From Eimeria praecox (taxonomy: Eukaryota), in assembly GCA_963920595.1 (NCBI GenBank), contig OY986949.1, positions 1-64,000 of the forward strand: a stretch of 64,000 nucleotides of DNA. The letters are read 5' to 3'. Both the position numbers and the translations under genes were made by a program. Shown in pieces: positions 41,801 to 54,600 of the stretch (within the stretch, counting starts at the first letter, position 1; each line of letters starts with the position of its first letter). The notes under the pieces were generated by a model, which saw only the letters and a program-made list of their open reading frames with translations, did no database searches and was not told the origin of the DNA.

Positions 41801-44800
41801 TGACGCCTGCCACACTGCCCTCAATGCAACGCAGCCTAATCGTCCTCGCTTTCGCGTTCCATCACGGCGCCTCCAATGCTCACCTCCTGCTGGAGCTCAA
41901 GCATGCCTTAACGTATACCAACACTACTTTGCATGCTCCTCTCAGCCATTCCGCACCAAACCCTTGCGCTCCAGGCAGCAAGTGCCGTCAACCCGCATTA
42001 ATTGCACACCCACAGGGACCAGTATAGACGCAAAGCAAACATGCAGGAGGTGCCTGATCGTAATCGTAGCACACTGCATCACCACCCACCCCTGGCACAC
42101 ATTTCAAGTGCATCCTCAACAACAGGCTCTGACACAATGCTTGGCCCCGCCACATGCTTCGAAAACGCACCTCATGTGCCTAACGCCATTCCCCACCACT
42201 CATAACCGTGCCGCGTTGCTTTCTCCACCCAGCCGCCCGTCAGCGGCCGCCTATCTTTCCTATGCTCATCATGTACTTCGCCAACCCCTCAATTAGCATA
42301 AAATGCTGGCCTAGCGTATGCATTTGCCCGACTCCCAGCAAGCTACCAGTCTCCGAGCCAAACCAGCTTCAGCGCATGCACTTCGTCATACAACGAAGGA
42401 GCACTCTGCACATACGTTCACAGCCTCGCGAGTTCATAATTCAAATTCTTTCTTCGCAGAGCCACCGTCTCGCAGGCGCAAACGGTCCTGCGTATATCAT
42501 GGGCTGATGCAGTTTCCCACGCACCTCATAGCTAAGGAAAACTCCACAAAACCTGCACCATCGCTCCCAGCCATCTTATATAAGCTGCATTTGAGCCTGG
42601 TTTGCCTACGCCTGGTCTCCTTTTCATCACCCCAGTTCCCACACACCACCAGCCGCTCTCATCCATCCAACAGTTGACACCCCTCACAACTGTCGATCCT
42701 AGCCAAACCTATCATAAGCAAACGCCCACCCCTCATTGCGTGCTACGAGAACCGGCACCTCACACATGCAATATCAACGGCATCTTTGCGCTGCTAACAC
42801 TCCAACTACCCACCCTACACGACACCCATTCACGCAGCCAACCAAGCCACACTGTCCCTCATCAACAGACAACCTCCTTGCTGGTGTCCAAGCCACTCAC
42901 ACACACTGACCACTGTTAAGAATCCGCAAGCCCTGTGCAGTTGTCCCCACAACCGTCAAGATAGTCTAACCGCAGCAAGGCAGAACTTGTCATCTCTCAC
43001 TGATCGCATGCGGCCGACGCTCCATCCTGCACTGGCTTCTTGGCGCCCCTCTAAAAGAGCATGTCAATGTGCAGCGAAATCCTCCTTGTTACATACTGCA
43101 ACCTCTCACAACTCTTCTGCTCGCCATCAGCAGGCTTATCCAAGCTCTGTTTGACGCCTGCCACACTGCCCTCAATGCAACGCAGCCTAATCGTCCTCGC
43201 TTTCGCGTTCCATCACGGCGCCTCCAATGCTCACCTCCTGCTGGAGCTCAAGCATGCCTTAACGCATACCAACACTACTTTGCATGCTCCTCTCAGCCAT
43301 TCCGCACCAAACCCTTGCGCTCCAGGCAGCAAGTGCCGTCAAACCGCATTAATTGCACACCCACAGGGACCAGTATAGACGCAAAGCAAACATGCAGGAG
43401 GTGCCTGATCGTAATCGTAGCACACTGCATCACCACCCACCCCTGGCACACATTTCAAGTGCATCCTCAACAACAGGCTCTGACACAATGCTTGGCCCCG
43501 CCACATGCTTCGAAAACGCACCTCATGTGCCTAACGCCATTCCCCACCACTCATAACCGTGCCGCGTTGCTTTCTCCACCCAGCCGCCCGTCAGCGGCCG
43601 CCTATCTTTCCTATGCTCATCATGTACTTCGCCAACCCCTCAATAAGCATAAAATGCTGGCCTAGCGTATGCATTTGCCCGACTCCCAGCAAGCTACCAG
43701 TCTCCGAGCCAAACCAGCTTCAGCGCATGCACTTCGTCATACAACGAAGGAGCACTCTGCACATACGTTCACAGCCTCGCGAGCTCATAATTCAAATTCT
43801 TTCTTCGCAGAGCCACCGTCTCGCAGGCGCAAACGGTCCTGCGTATATCATGGGCTGATGCAGTTTCCCACGCACCTCATAGCTAAGGAAAACTCCACAA
43901 AACCTGCACCATCGCTCCCAGCCATCTTATATAAGCTGCATTTGAGCCTGGTTTGCCTACGCCTGGTCTCCTTTTCATCACCCCAGTTCCCACACACCAC
44001 CAGCCGCTCTCATCCATCCAACAGTTGACACCCCTCACAACCGTCGATCCTAGCCAAACCTATCATAAGCAAACGCCCACCCCTCATTGCGTGCTACGAG
44101 AACGGGAACCTCACACATGCAATATCAACGGCATCTTTGCGCTGCTAACACTCCAACTACCCACCCTACACGACACCCATTCACGCAGCCAAGCAAGCCA
44201 CACTGTCCCTCATCAACAGACAACCTCCTTGCTGGTGTCCAAGCCACTCACACACACTGACCACTGTTAAGAATCCGCAAGCCCTGTGCAGTTGTCCCCA
44301 CAACCGTCAAGATAGTCTAACCGCAGCAAGGCAGAACTTGTCATCTCCCACTGATCGCATGCGGCCGACGCTCCATCCTGCACTGGCTTCTTGGCGCCCC
44401 TCTAAAAGAGCATGTCAATGTGCAGCGAAATCCTCCTTGTTACATACTGCAACCTCTCACAACTCTTCTGCTCGCCATCAGCGGGCTTATCCAAGCTCTG
44501 TTTGACGCCTGCCACACTGCCCTCAATGCAACGCAGCCTAATCGTCCTCCCTTTCGCGTTCCATCACGGCGCCTCCAATGCTCACCTCCTGCTGGAGCTC
44601 AAGCATGCCTTAACGCATACCAACACTACTTTGCATGCTCCTCTCAGCCATTCCGCACCAAACCCTTGCGCTCCAGGCAGCAAGTGCCGTCAAACCGCAT
44701 TAATTGCACACCCACAGGGACCAGTATAGACGCAAAGCAAACATGCAGGAGGTGCCTGATCGTAATCGTAGCACACTGCATCACCACCCACCCCTGGCAC

Positions 44801-47800
44801 ACATTTCAAGTGCATCCTCAACAACAGGCTCTGACACAATGCATGGCCCCGCCACATGCTTCGAAAACGCACCTCATGTGCCTAACGCCATTCCCCACCA
44901 CTCATAACCATGCCGCGTTGCTTTCTCCACCCAGCCGCCCGTCAGCGGCCGCCTATCTTTCCTATGCTCATCATGTACTTCGCCAACCCCTCAATTAGCA
45001 TAAAATGCTGGCCTAGCGTATGCATCTGCCCGACTCCCAGCACGCTACCAGTCTCCATTGTGCATCCCCTGGAATAACGAACGTGGCTGCTAGACACCGC
45101 GGACACGGGAAGCACAGGCCCCAACCAGCCCACACATGAACGCCACAAGTAAAAGGCATTCTAAATAGCTCCTTACTCCTACTAGTCACTCAATCATCTA
45201 GGACACTCACGCCGCAATTTCATGACTGCCGCTGTGCCTGGGCTGTCAATAAAAACACACTTTCTGATTCAACAAGCAAATTCTATCGACCTAGCCACTT
45301 CCACCTAACCTCCTGGTGTTAAAAACGCCAAGAGCCAAACCAGCTTCAGCGCATGCACTTCGTCATACAACGAAGGAGCACTCTGCACATACGTTCACAG
45401 CCTCGCGAGTTCATAATTCAAATTCTTTCTTCGCAGAGCCACCGTCTCGCAGGCGCAAAAGGTCCTGCGTATATCATGGGCTGATGCAGTTTCCCACGCA
45501 CCTCATAGCTAAGGAAAACTCAACAAAACCTGCACCATCGCTCCCAGCCATCACTGCTGCCAGACACATGCGCAGTGCGACCCCAAAAAAAGAAGTGCAT
45601 CGCCATGCAAACCAAATTATATAAGCTGCATTTGAGCCTGGTTTGCCTACGCCTGGTCTCCTTTTCATCACCCCAGTTCCCACACACCACCAGCCGCTCT
45701 CATCCATCCAACAGTTGACACCCCTCACAACCGTCGATCCTAGCCAAACCTATCATAAGCAAACGCCCACCCCTCATTGCGTGCTACGAGAACGGGAACC
45801 TCACACATGCAATATCAACGGCATCTTTGCGCTGCTAACACTCCAACTACCCACCCTACACGACACCCATTCACGCAACCAAGCAAGCCACACTGTCCCT
45901 CATCAACAGACAACCTCCTTGCTGGTGTCCAAGCCACTCACACACACTGACCACTGTTAAGAATCCGCAAGCCCTGTGCAGTTGTCCCCACAACCGTCAA
46001 GATAGTCTAACCGCAGCAAGGCAGAACTTGTCATCTCTCACTGATCGCATGCGGCCGACGCTCCATCCTGCACTGGCTTCTTGGCGCCCCTCTAAAAGAG
46101 CATGTCAATGTGCAGCGAAATCCTCCTTGTTACATACTGCAACCTCTCACAACTCTTCTGCTCGCCATCAGCGGGCTTATCCAAGCTCTGTTTGACGCCT
46201 GCCACACTGCCCTCAATGCAACGCAGCCTAATCGTCCTCGCTTTCGCGTTCCATCACGGCGCCTCCAATGCTCACCTCCTGCTGGAGCTCAAGCATGCCT
46301 TAACGCATACCAACACTACTTTGCATGCTCCTCTCAGCCATTCCGCACCAAACCCTTGCGCCCCAGGCAGCAATTGCCGTCAACCCGCATTAATTGCACA
46401 CCCACAGGGACCAGTATAGACGCAAAGCAAACATGCAGGAGGTGCCTGATCGTAATCGTAGCACACTGCATCACCACCCACCCCTGGCACACATTTCAAG
46501 TGCATCCTCAACAACAGGCTCTGACACAATGCATCGTCCCGCCACATGCTTCGAAAACGCACCTCATGTGCCTAACCCCATTCCCCACCACTCATAACCA
46601 TGCCGCGTTGCTTTCTCCACCCAGCCGCCCGTCAGCGGCTGCCTATCTTTCCTATGCTCATCATGTACCTCGCCAACCCCTCAATAAGCATAAAATGCTG
46701 GCCTGGCGTCCTAGCGTATGCATCTGCCCGACTCCCAGCACGCTACCAGTCTCCATTGTGCATCCCCTGGAATAACGAACGTGGCTGCTAGGCACCGTGG
46801 ACACGGGAAGCACAGGCCCCAACCAGCCCACACATGAACGCCACAAGTAAAAGGCATTCTAAATAGCTCCTTACTGCTACTAGTCACTCAATCATCTAGG
46901 ACACTCACGCCGCAATTTCATGACTGATGCTGTGCCTGGGCTGTCAATAAAAACACACTTTCTGATTCAACAAGCAAATTCTATCGACCTAGCCACTTCC
47001 ACCTAACCTCCTGGTGTTAAAAACGCCAAGAGCCAAACCAGCTTCAGCGCATGCACTTCGTCATACAACGAAGGAGCACTCTGCACATACGTTCACAGCC
47101 TCGCGAGTTCATAATTCAAATTCTTTCTCCGCAGAGCCACCGTCCCGCAGGTGCAAACGGTCCTGCGTAAATCATGGGCTGATGCAGTTTCCCATGCACC
47201 TCATAGCTTAGGGAAAAAAACGAAGTGCATCACCATGTAAACCAAATTATATAAGCTGCATTTGAGCCTGGTTTGCCTACGCCTGGTCTCCTTTTCATCA
47301 CCCCAGTTCCCACACACCACCAGCCGCTCTCATCCATCCAACAGTTGACACCCCTCACAACCGTCGATCCTAGCCAAACCTATCATAAGCAAACGCCCAC
47401 CCCTCATTGCGTGCTACGAGAACGGGCACTTCACACATGCAATATCAGCGGCATCTTTGCGCTGCTAACACTCCAAGTACCCACCCTACACGACACCCAT
47501 TCACGCAACCAAGCAAGCCACACTGTCCCTCATCAACAGACAACCTCCTTGCTGGTGTCCAAGCCACTCACACACACTGACCACTGTTAAGAATCCGCAA
47601 GCCCTGTGCAGTTGTCCCCACAACCGTCAAGATAGTCTAACCGCAGCAAGGCAGAACTTGTCATCTCTCACTGATCGCATGCGGCCGACGCTCCATCCTG
47701 CACTGGCTTCTTGGCGCCCCCCTAAAAGAGCATGTCAATGTGCAGCGAAATCCTCCTTGTTACATACTGCAACCTCTCACAACTCTTCTGCTCGCCATCG

Positions 47801-48480
47801 ACTTATCCAAGCCCTGTTTGACGCCTGCCACACTGCCCTCAATGCAACGCAGCCTAATCGTCCTCCCTTTCGCGTTCCATCACGGCGCCTCCAATGCTCA
47901 CCCCCTGCGAGAGCTCAAGTATGCACGGTCTCGCCACATGCTTCGAAAAACGAACCCCAAATGCCTAAGGCAATTCCTCACCACTCATAACCATGCCGCG
48001 TTGCTTTCTCCACCCAGCCGCCCGTCAGCGGTCGCCTATCTTTCCTATGCTCATCATGTACCTCGCCAACCCCTCAATTAGCATAAAATGCTGGCCTAGC
48101 GTATGCATCTGCCCGACTCCCAGCACGCTACCAGTCTCCATTGTGCATCCCCTGGAATAACGAACGTGGCTGCTAGGCACCGTGGACACGGGAAGCACAG
48201 GCCCCAAGCAGCCCACACATGAACGCCACAAGTAAAAGGCATTCTAAATAGCTCCTTACTGCTCCTAGTCATTCAATCATCTAGGACACCCACGCCGCAA
48301 TTTCATGACTGCCGCTGTGCCTGGGCGGTCAATGAAAACACTCTTTCTGATTCAGCAAGCAAATTCTATCGACCTAGCCACTTCCACCTAACCTTCTGGT
48401 GTTAAACACGCCAAGAGCCAAACCGGCTTCAGCGCATGCACTTCGTCACACAACGAAGGAGCACTCTGCTGATACGTTCA
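11872..48480. repeat. Subtelomeric macrosatellite array 1: 23 copies of an anchor point, units of ~1690 bp (long) or 1351 bp (short)
   Basis: The same anchor recurs at 12534, 14219, 15907, 17597, 19287, 20977, 22667, 24357, 26047, 27739, 29424, 31116, 32806, 34157, 35508, 36859, 38210, 39561, 41251, 42602, 43953, 45643, 47273. Spacings are 1685-1692 (14 times), 1351 (7 times) and 1630 (once). Copies differ mostly by scattered SNPs. Confidence 0.99.
33910..40650. repeat. Block of five consecutive short-type (1351-bp spacing) units; two more at ~42.3-45.0 kb
   Basis: Two linked deletions relative to the long unit: 275 bp (junction ccagtctcc|gagccaaacc at 33909/33910) and 64 bp (junction cccagccatc|ttatat at 34130/34131). 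275+64=339=1690-1351. Confidence 0.97.
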
Positions 48481-48489
48481 CTGGCTGGT

Positions 48490-50950
48490 GAGTTTACACT
48501 ACACTTTTGTTTTGCGCAGGTCCAACTGCGCGGAAGTTAAAGCCGTCATATGCGTTAGCCGCGTGTGCAATTTTTGTCTCACAGTAAAGACAAGGTTCCA
48601 GCGGCAAAGGGAAAATTCGATTTCTCTCTGGCCAGCATTGTATTCTTGCCAAACGCCCTCATCTGTCTTTGCTCTGGTAGCCTGCCAGTCTGTGTCAATA
48701 TATCGGGAAAACAACTTTTTCGCCTTTGCGTTTGTACATGATGGTGGCAGTTAACATTTGCGTGCGAGCATTTACCTTCCCTTACCGCTGCTACCCAGAT
48801 GCCGTTGTCTTCTCCCCTCAATCCCACACCAACGGTTGCTGTCTTCTCCTTGGTTCGCACGTAACTTGTCACTGGCCGCATCGACGACAAACTGTGAAAC
48901 CGACGAATGCATGCATTCCAGCGTTTGCAAGCTTGGCAGTTTCTACAACCGTCTCTGCACTACCCTTGAGTCTGCTAGAGGCTGTGTGTAGGGGCCACAC
49001 GAGCCAATGAGTAAGCATCGGTGTCTAACACCCAACACGCAGCACTGCCTTGCTTTTGTGGGGGTTCTTAAAACCCCGAAGGCACGATACGATATGCGAC
49101 GCAGGAGCTTACGCGAAAAAGCTCCACATTGGCCTCGTTGTTGTAATTGCAAGCATTTGTAGGTGCTTTCAGTGCTCAGTGCGTCTCTTTTGGGCTCAAT
49201 CGACATAACCCAAGAACCGCATTTGCATCTGCTTATCTGAGCCCACCAAATGGCTAGGTAAACAGGAATGGCACGCGCGTGCTGGCATGCAGATATTCGC
49301 AGCGTTAGAGAGATGTACCAGCAATAGCTGCCACACTAATCACTGAAATATGCAGGTTGGCGTTGGCCGGCCGGTACACACAAACTGGGCAGTGGTGATG
49401 CGATGGCGTAAGGGGGCCGGTTTTTTGAAAACGCCAAGGCTAGCAGACATCAAAATGGCTTAGAGCTAAATGCAGCAGCTACACAAATAACGAACATACT
49501 GCATGGGGCTTCGCTGCAGTTACACTGTCGTTCTAACCACAGCGTAAAGTACTTGTACGCCATCTGCGATCAACCTTACCACCATCACGATATTGCAATT
49601 TGTTCCGAGTCAAGCGGTTCTGTCATATGCCTCTAGTGTGCCAATCCAGCTAAGCCTTCTGATTAAAGCCAAACCATTTTTGAGCTCCTAAATAATAAAC
49701 AAGCAATGCCTCATCTACAATTTAGCGCATTTCATTCGACCATCCTGCGCTGCATGGGATACCTAAACGGCATTACCTGCGTTTTTGTTGCCAGCGCCAT
49801 CTGCAGAATACTCCAGCAAGTACCGAATATCTCAGTGGTTTTTTGCTTGCCCAGGGATACAAAACAAAACTTCCCCTACATCATAACTGATGATGCCGAA
49901 GCCCTCATATAAAGGTATCTGTTATCATGGAACCCTCGTGTCCAGACCTGTTCTTACTAACTGGATTCCCCGAGAGATAAGAGCAACTGCATCAATGTGG
50001 CTACGATTGGCTGATAGTCGGGGAAGGGCATATTCTTATCCACATGTGCACTGCGGTTAATGGCGAACTCTGCGCTCCTTAACCCTTTCGTATGAATCCA
50101 CATGATTCCTTTTCCAATGCGGCAGTTTGCCACCAGTTCAGCGTTGGCGTGCGAGATTATTTTTAATTGTGACGCCACAAAGATACCTACCTGAGCCAAA
50201 ATACATACCAAAACACGTCTGCCATGACAAATGCGTTGTTCAGAATATGCTTTACAACGCAGGCACAGCATTTCATAGTCTAGTTTCAAAGCATTGCCTA
50301 GCCGTCTTCGAGATGAACAATCCTTCCACTATGTACTTCCACTGAGTAGCTACTCCTTCTTTACAAGGGCGTGTGACTCCTACTAGCGTCTTGTACAGCC
50401 AAACAGCGCGGCATGCGCGGTGAAAACACTTCACTTGAAAGCCCAAACGCCAATCACTATGCCAGCGCTCTTTTCAAGCCTCAGATCGGGCGTGTTCGTC
50501 GTTACATACCAGAGCTTCCATCTACCTCAATTCTACTATACCACCATGGTTTTCCTCATTGTAAACCAAACCGTAAAGCAACCAGGGTCCACACAAGTCT
50601 TGCAGCACCGATTATACGGTCGTTGATACTGTCCTGGACGCCAATGCACTGCAGATCTCACGCCGCGCCAAGCGTTTCCAGCTTAAACTAGTGTCTTGCT
50701 CAGATATCTATAGAAGCAGTGCATTTATCTGCTCATCCAGCTTAGCCTAATGTCTTCACTGCGCGTAGCATAACGCCGGACTCACCTTTTCGATCCACCC
50801 CAAGCCAACGAGCCCACCACACCTACAAAAAACTTGAAGCTGTGCATGCTGAACTGGCAGCCCCCAGGCCAGATAGAACCTTTCCTGTCGTGCCGTTCAA
50901 AGCAGACACTGAATATCTGAAAGGTAAATTTGGTGTGGCTATTACGACAC
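48490..50950 (+). mobile_element. Decayed, 5'-truncated Ty3/Gypsy pol relic (protease-RT-RNase H-integrase)
   Basis: Plus-strand motifs in order: EVKAVICVSRVCNF (~48533, xALIDSGAxxNF-like), PEGTIRY (~49076, KDGxxR-like), RTAF (~49214, KTAF), VASAICRILQQ (~49787, TDASxxAIGAVLxQ-like), MWLRLAD (~49995, RWxxxLxEF-like), CHD...SKH...M...Y (~50220-50340, integrase zinc-finger region), YIPELPST...VFLIVNQTVK (~50503-50580, DFIxxLP...ILVxVDRxxK-like). Catalytic residues are eroded. Confidence 0.55.
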
Positions 50951-51583
50951 TAGCGTTTCCAAGAACATCGGGATATGGCCTTCATGACGCGCGTGCCTAC
51001 GATCACAGGAAACACGAGTGCAGCGTGCCTGAACAACTGTGACGCCATAACATGACTCCGTTGCTGCGTGCGTGTTAATACCACACGCAGTGCCTCCTTC
51101 CCCTGGTCATCCAACCTTGCAAGCGAGCGTTTGGGTCTGGCTTGGAGCGAAATCTTAGCTAACAGCACCGCATTCTCAGCGCTTGATCCCCTAGGTCGCT
51201 TTTTTGGCGCCAAAGCATGCAGTGTAGGCGCACATTCTAAGAGGCAAATAGCGCGTCACTTCGCCGCCCCAGCAATGATATACATGGTATCCCTTGCTGT
51301 GCACATAAGTCTGGTTTGCCATGAATTGCATCATGGCTACAACAGTGCTGCGCTCTCCACTGTGTATCATACAGCCTGCACCACGCACAAGCGATAATTG
51401 CATACCGCAAGGGTTTACACTATTGTTAACAAACAGTTACTTTGTGAAACCCTGACTGCCTTGGCAAAAAGTGCGACACGACGGCCTAAAGGGCATACTG
51501 TCGCTAAAGAGTGGATTATGGTGCGCTTTGCGACTGAATGCCGCCTCCTTGAGTTGTGTAGTTAGGCTGTCAGCATCTACGTG

Positions 51584-51587
<4 letters not shown>

Positions 51588-51641
<54 letters not shown>
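51588..51641. repeat. (CA)27 microsatellite
   Basis: Seen directly, inside repeat copy A. Confidence 0.97.
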
Positions 51642-51644
<3 letters not shown>

Positions 51645-54600
51645 GAACGAACAAGCACGCAGAGACACGCAGACACATCTAAACACGCAAACAAGTGAGT
51701 GTTGCGTTTCATAATCACTATGCCGGCCCAGTGGTCGGGTCTTGGTATGAGCTGTTTGGATGTCAGGCATGTCAGGCCCTACAAAGGCAGACGCATAACT
51801 CCAAATCTGCTCAAGGCCTCACTTCAGCCTGCCGAAAGGGCACAAAAGGGAACCGCACAATCAACGAAGATGCTTCTCCAGGATCTAGGCCAGCCACGGG
51901 TAGTACGAAAGGCTCACAAAGGAGCGGCGTGATGGAGCGGGTTCGCCCCGCTGCAGCACCGGCAGGTTTGGTCCTAAACGAAATCAGTGCACCGATGGTA
52001 GCGCTTCTGCCACCCTTCACAGAGCGGCAATATGCAGGCACTCACAGCTTTGACGCCCTACACAAAATGCCTTGACGTGGCAATGTGAACGTGTTCGTGA
52101 GGTCCCCGTGCAACGTCCCCTCTCGCCAAGCACCATTATGCGGCAGGTGCAACCTAGCCGTATGCGTGCGGCCGCTTGGACAGTGAATGCAAACAGGCAG
52201 CAGCCTCTTTGCGTCAGCGCCTATAAGGCTCCGCTGCTACTGGGGGCCACAGGCGGTGCGTATGCACCCACAAACTGAACAGCAGCGACAGTCAAGCTAT
52301 TTCAGTCCTGTCTGAATAAAGTGGACGGCAGAGCACACTCGAACTCTGCAGTGCCACCGGTTTCTCAGAATGGCAAAAGCCGCTTGCGCCTCTCTCAACG
52401 TCATCGCCTAAGCTATGCTCAAAGACGACACGAACAATCGTCGCCTGCAATGCCACCTATGTTAGGTGTTGAATGCAACGTACCAACGCCGGTGGCGGTG
52501 CTGATTATGGATTCTGCAACGTCTCTGCTGAGAAAGGTGTTCTGGAGAGGTTAGTGGTGCTGCACAGGAGAAAGGGCATCATACGCTCTGCGCCAGAAGG
52601 ACACGGCATTTGGCCTGGCGTGGAAATCATGCCAGTTCGTTTGCACACCTAGTTCTTTGAAAATTATCTGCTCTTCTGAACAACCCGGCTGGGCCGGCCC
52701 GTACCTCAAAACAATCCCGGGCATCCATTATGGCGTAGGGAATTGCCCTGCTTTGTTAGACGGTCTTTTGCATCCTCCACACGCTGTCTAAACCGGTATA
52801 CACACACGGACGCAAACCCAACAACTTATAGGTCTTATGGGCCACCACCTTCCGGTTTTGAACTGGGTGCCTTCCAGTGCGTCGTTTGGGCGAATACCGC
52901 ATTCGTATTCTGCGCACCATCCCAAGCTAGCTCTGACAGCAACGTACCTGGAGAAAACAAAGCCTACAGCACCCGCATATCTCCATCTTTATACTCCAAA
53001 AGTACCCTATGAAACAGCAGGTTCACCGTTGCTGAACGACATCCAACGTCGTTGTTGAAGACACCCAGACAACCTGCCTCACAAACTATGTTCTTTCTTG
53101 AGAGCACCTACTGGTAGTGCCACAGCATGTGCCAAATTAGGTGTCTAGCCTTCGGCTAGGCCGCAACCAACCAGCTGCAAGAGTCTATCATATATCTATG
53201 TATTTGCGTGGGGGCTGGAAGGCAAAAGCGCTTTTTGTCAAAGCCTTCAGCTCAATCTCCTCATTTCAGTGCTTCTGCAAGCGTCTGAAATACCGCATGG
53301 GACGCTGCACGATAAGCAGCACTCACCATGGCACGCGCTTTGTGCCTTGGCTTGATGCGACGCCGCGGCACACAGCATCGCATCCCTGACACCTGGTGCC
53401 CAAGGACTTCCAGTTGTTCTCGACGCAAACGCATGAAATATAAACGCACTCCCTAGGGGGCAGTGGCCGCGATGCGTCACTGGCGTAGCAATACCATGCA
53501 GATATCGCTCACTGTAAACGTGGTTCTGGCTTGTCGTGTGTTGTCATGGAATGTCTCATGAAAACTGCAAATTGTGCTGGACGTTTTGACGCTGTCGTAT
53601 AAATGACGTAAGCATGCACCGTGTTGCTCTCCAGTTTAATCGGGGTAGGATGTCTGGTGAAGAATATGTACGCGCGTAGAAGATGTGACTACGGAATCTG
53701 GACTCCTTGCACCACAGCATAGTGTTCTGTCAAGACCACTTAGGCTGCTTAGGCCACTAGGCACCGTACACTCTGCGTCACAAACATAAAGCGAATCACA
53801 TGCTCAAAGGGCTTGCCTCTTTGTAACAGGCCACTTATTTGTGAGACCCAGATCGCGCTGATATTAAATGCCGCACGGCAATCTAAACACCACAGCGATT
53901 CCTGCCGCTGGGCAGTGCAGTAGGGGGCCCTTCTCTGCTGATGTGCCCCCTCGCTGGCGTTAGTGGTTAGGCTGTGAGCTTCTCCATGCACACAAATGCA
54001 CAGACACACAAATACACACACAACGAGTAAGCGTTGAGTTTCAACCTCATTATGTCTGCCCAGTACACGAGCCGTAATTGCCAAAGTGCTGGTGCCAGCT
54101 CCTCCAAATTCAAGCCTGGAGCTCCAAATCAACGCAAGACTTCACCTCGAATTGCTCATAGGACAGGAAAAGCAGCGCACAATCAACAAAGGTTTTCCTC
54201 GGCCTGGGCTGCCCGCCACAGGTAGCTGCAAATGTACACAAGCGTCATGCTTGGCGGAACTGCCTCCACTACCAACGGCTTCAGACGTCACCTCCTTCAA
54301 CGCACACGCCAAAGTTATGTCAGCCCACTTTGTTGAGGCCTCTAAACCACTTTTGTCTTTGATATCATCCATTCATTGTTGCCTCCTTAAATCTTGAGCC
54401 TTCCTTCACAAAACTGCAATAACTCGCTTCCGGCAGCTTTTTCAGCCTACGCGAAATGCCTTGGCGTGACCGTTTGCGTGTGTGTCGTCAGCTCCTCATG
54501 CAGCTTCCTCTCTTCCAAAGTGCCGCTGAGCATCACCGAGCAGCCTCGCCCTATGTGTGCAGTCGATTGGAACAGCAATGAATAGAAAGAAGCAGCAGCA

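Noticed and set aside
12207..47990. Recurring 60-220 aa ORFs in every repeat unit (MLKTPRAK..., MPTPGLL..., MQRNPPC...) as a tandem gene family
   Set aside because: They overlap in several frames, many start at non-ATG codons, and their ends shift with SNPs and indels between copies. They resemble no protein I recognise. The longer ones lie antisense to the decayed gag-protease signal.
11872..48480. Array of 5S rRNA, spliced-leader, snRNA or tRNA genes, or a CRISPR-like array
   Set aside because: I found no recognisable 5S, U-snRNA, dinoflagellate SL or tRNA motif by eye, and there is no short-repeat/unique-spacer structure. An Infernal/Rfam scan of the unit would settle it.
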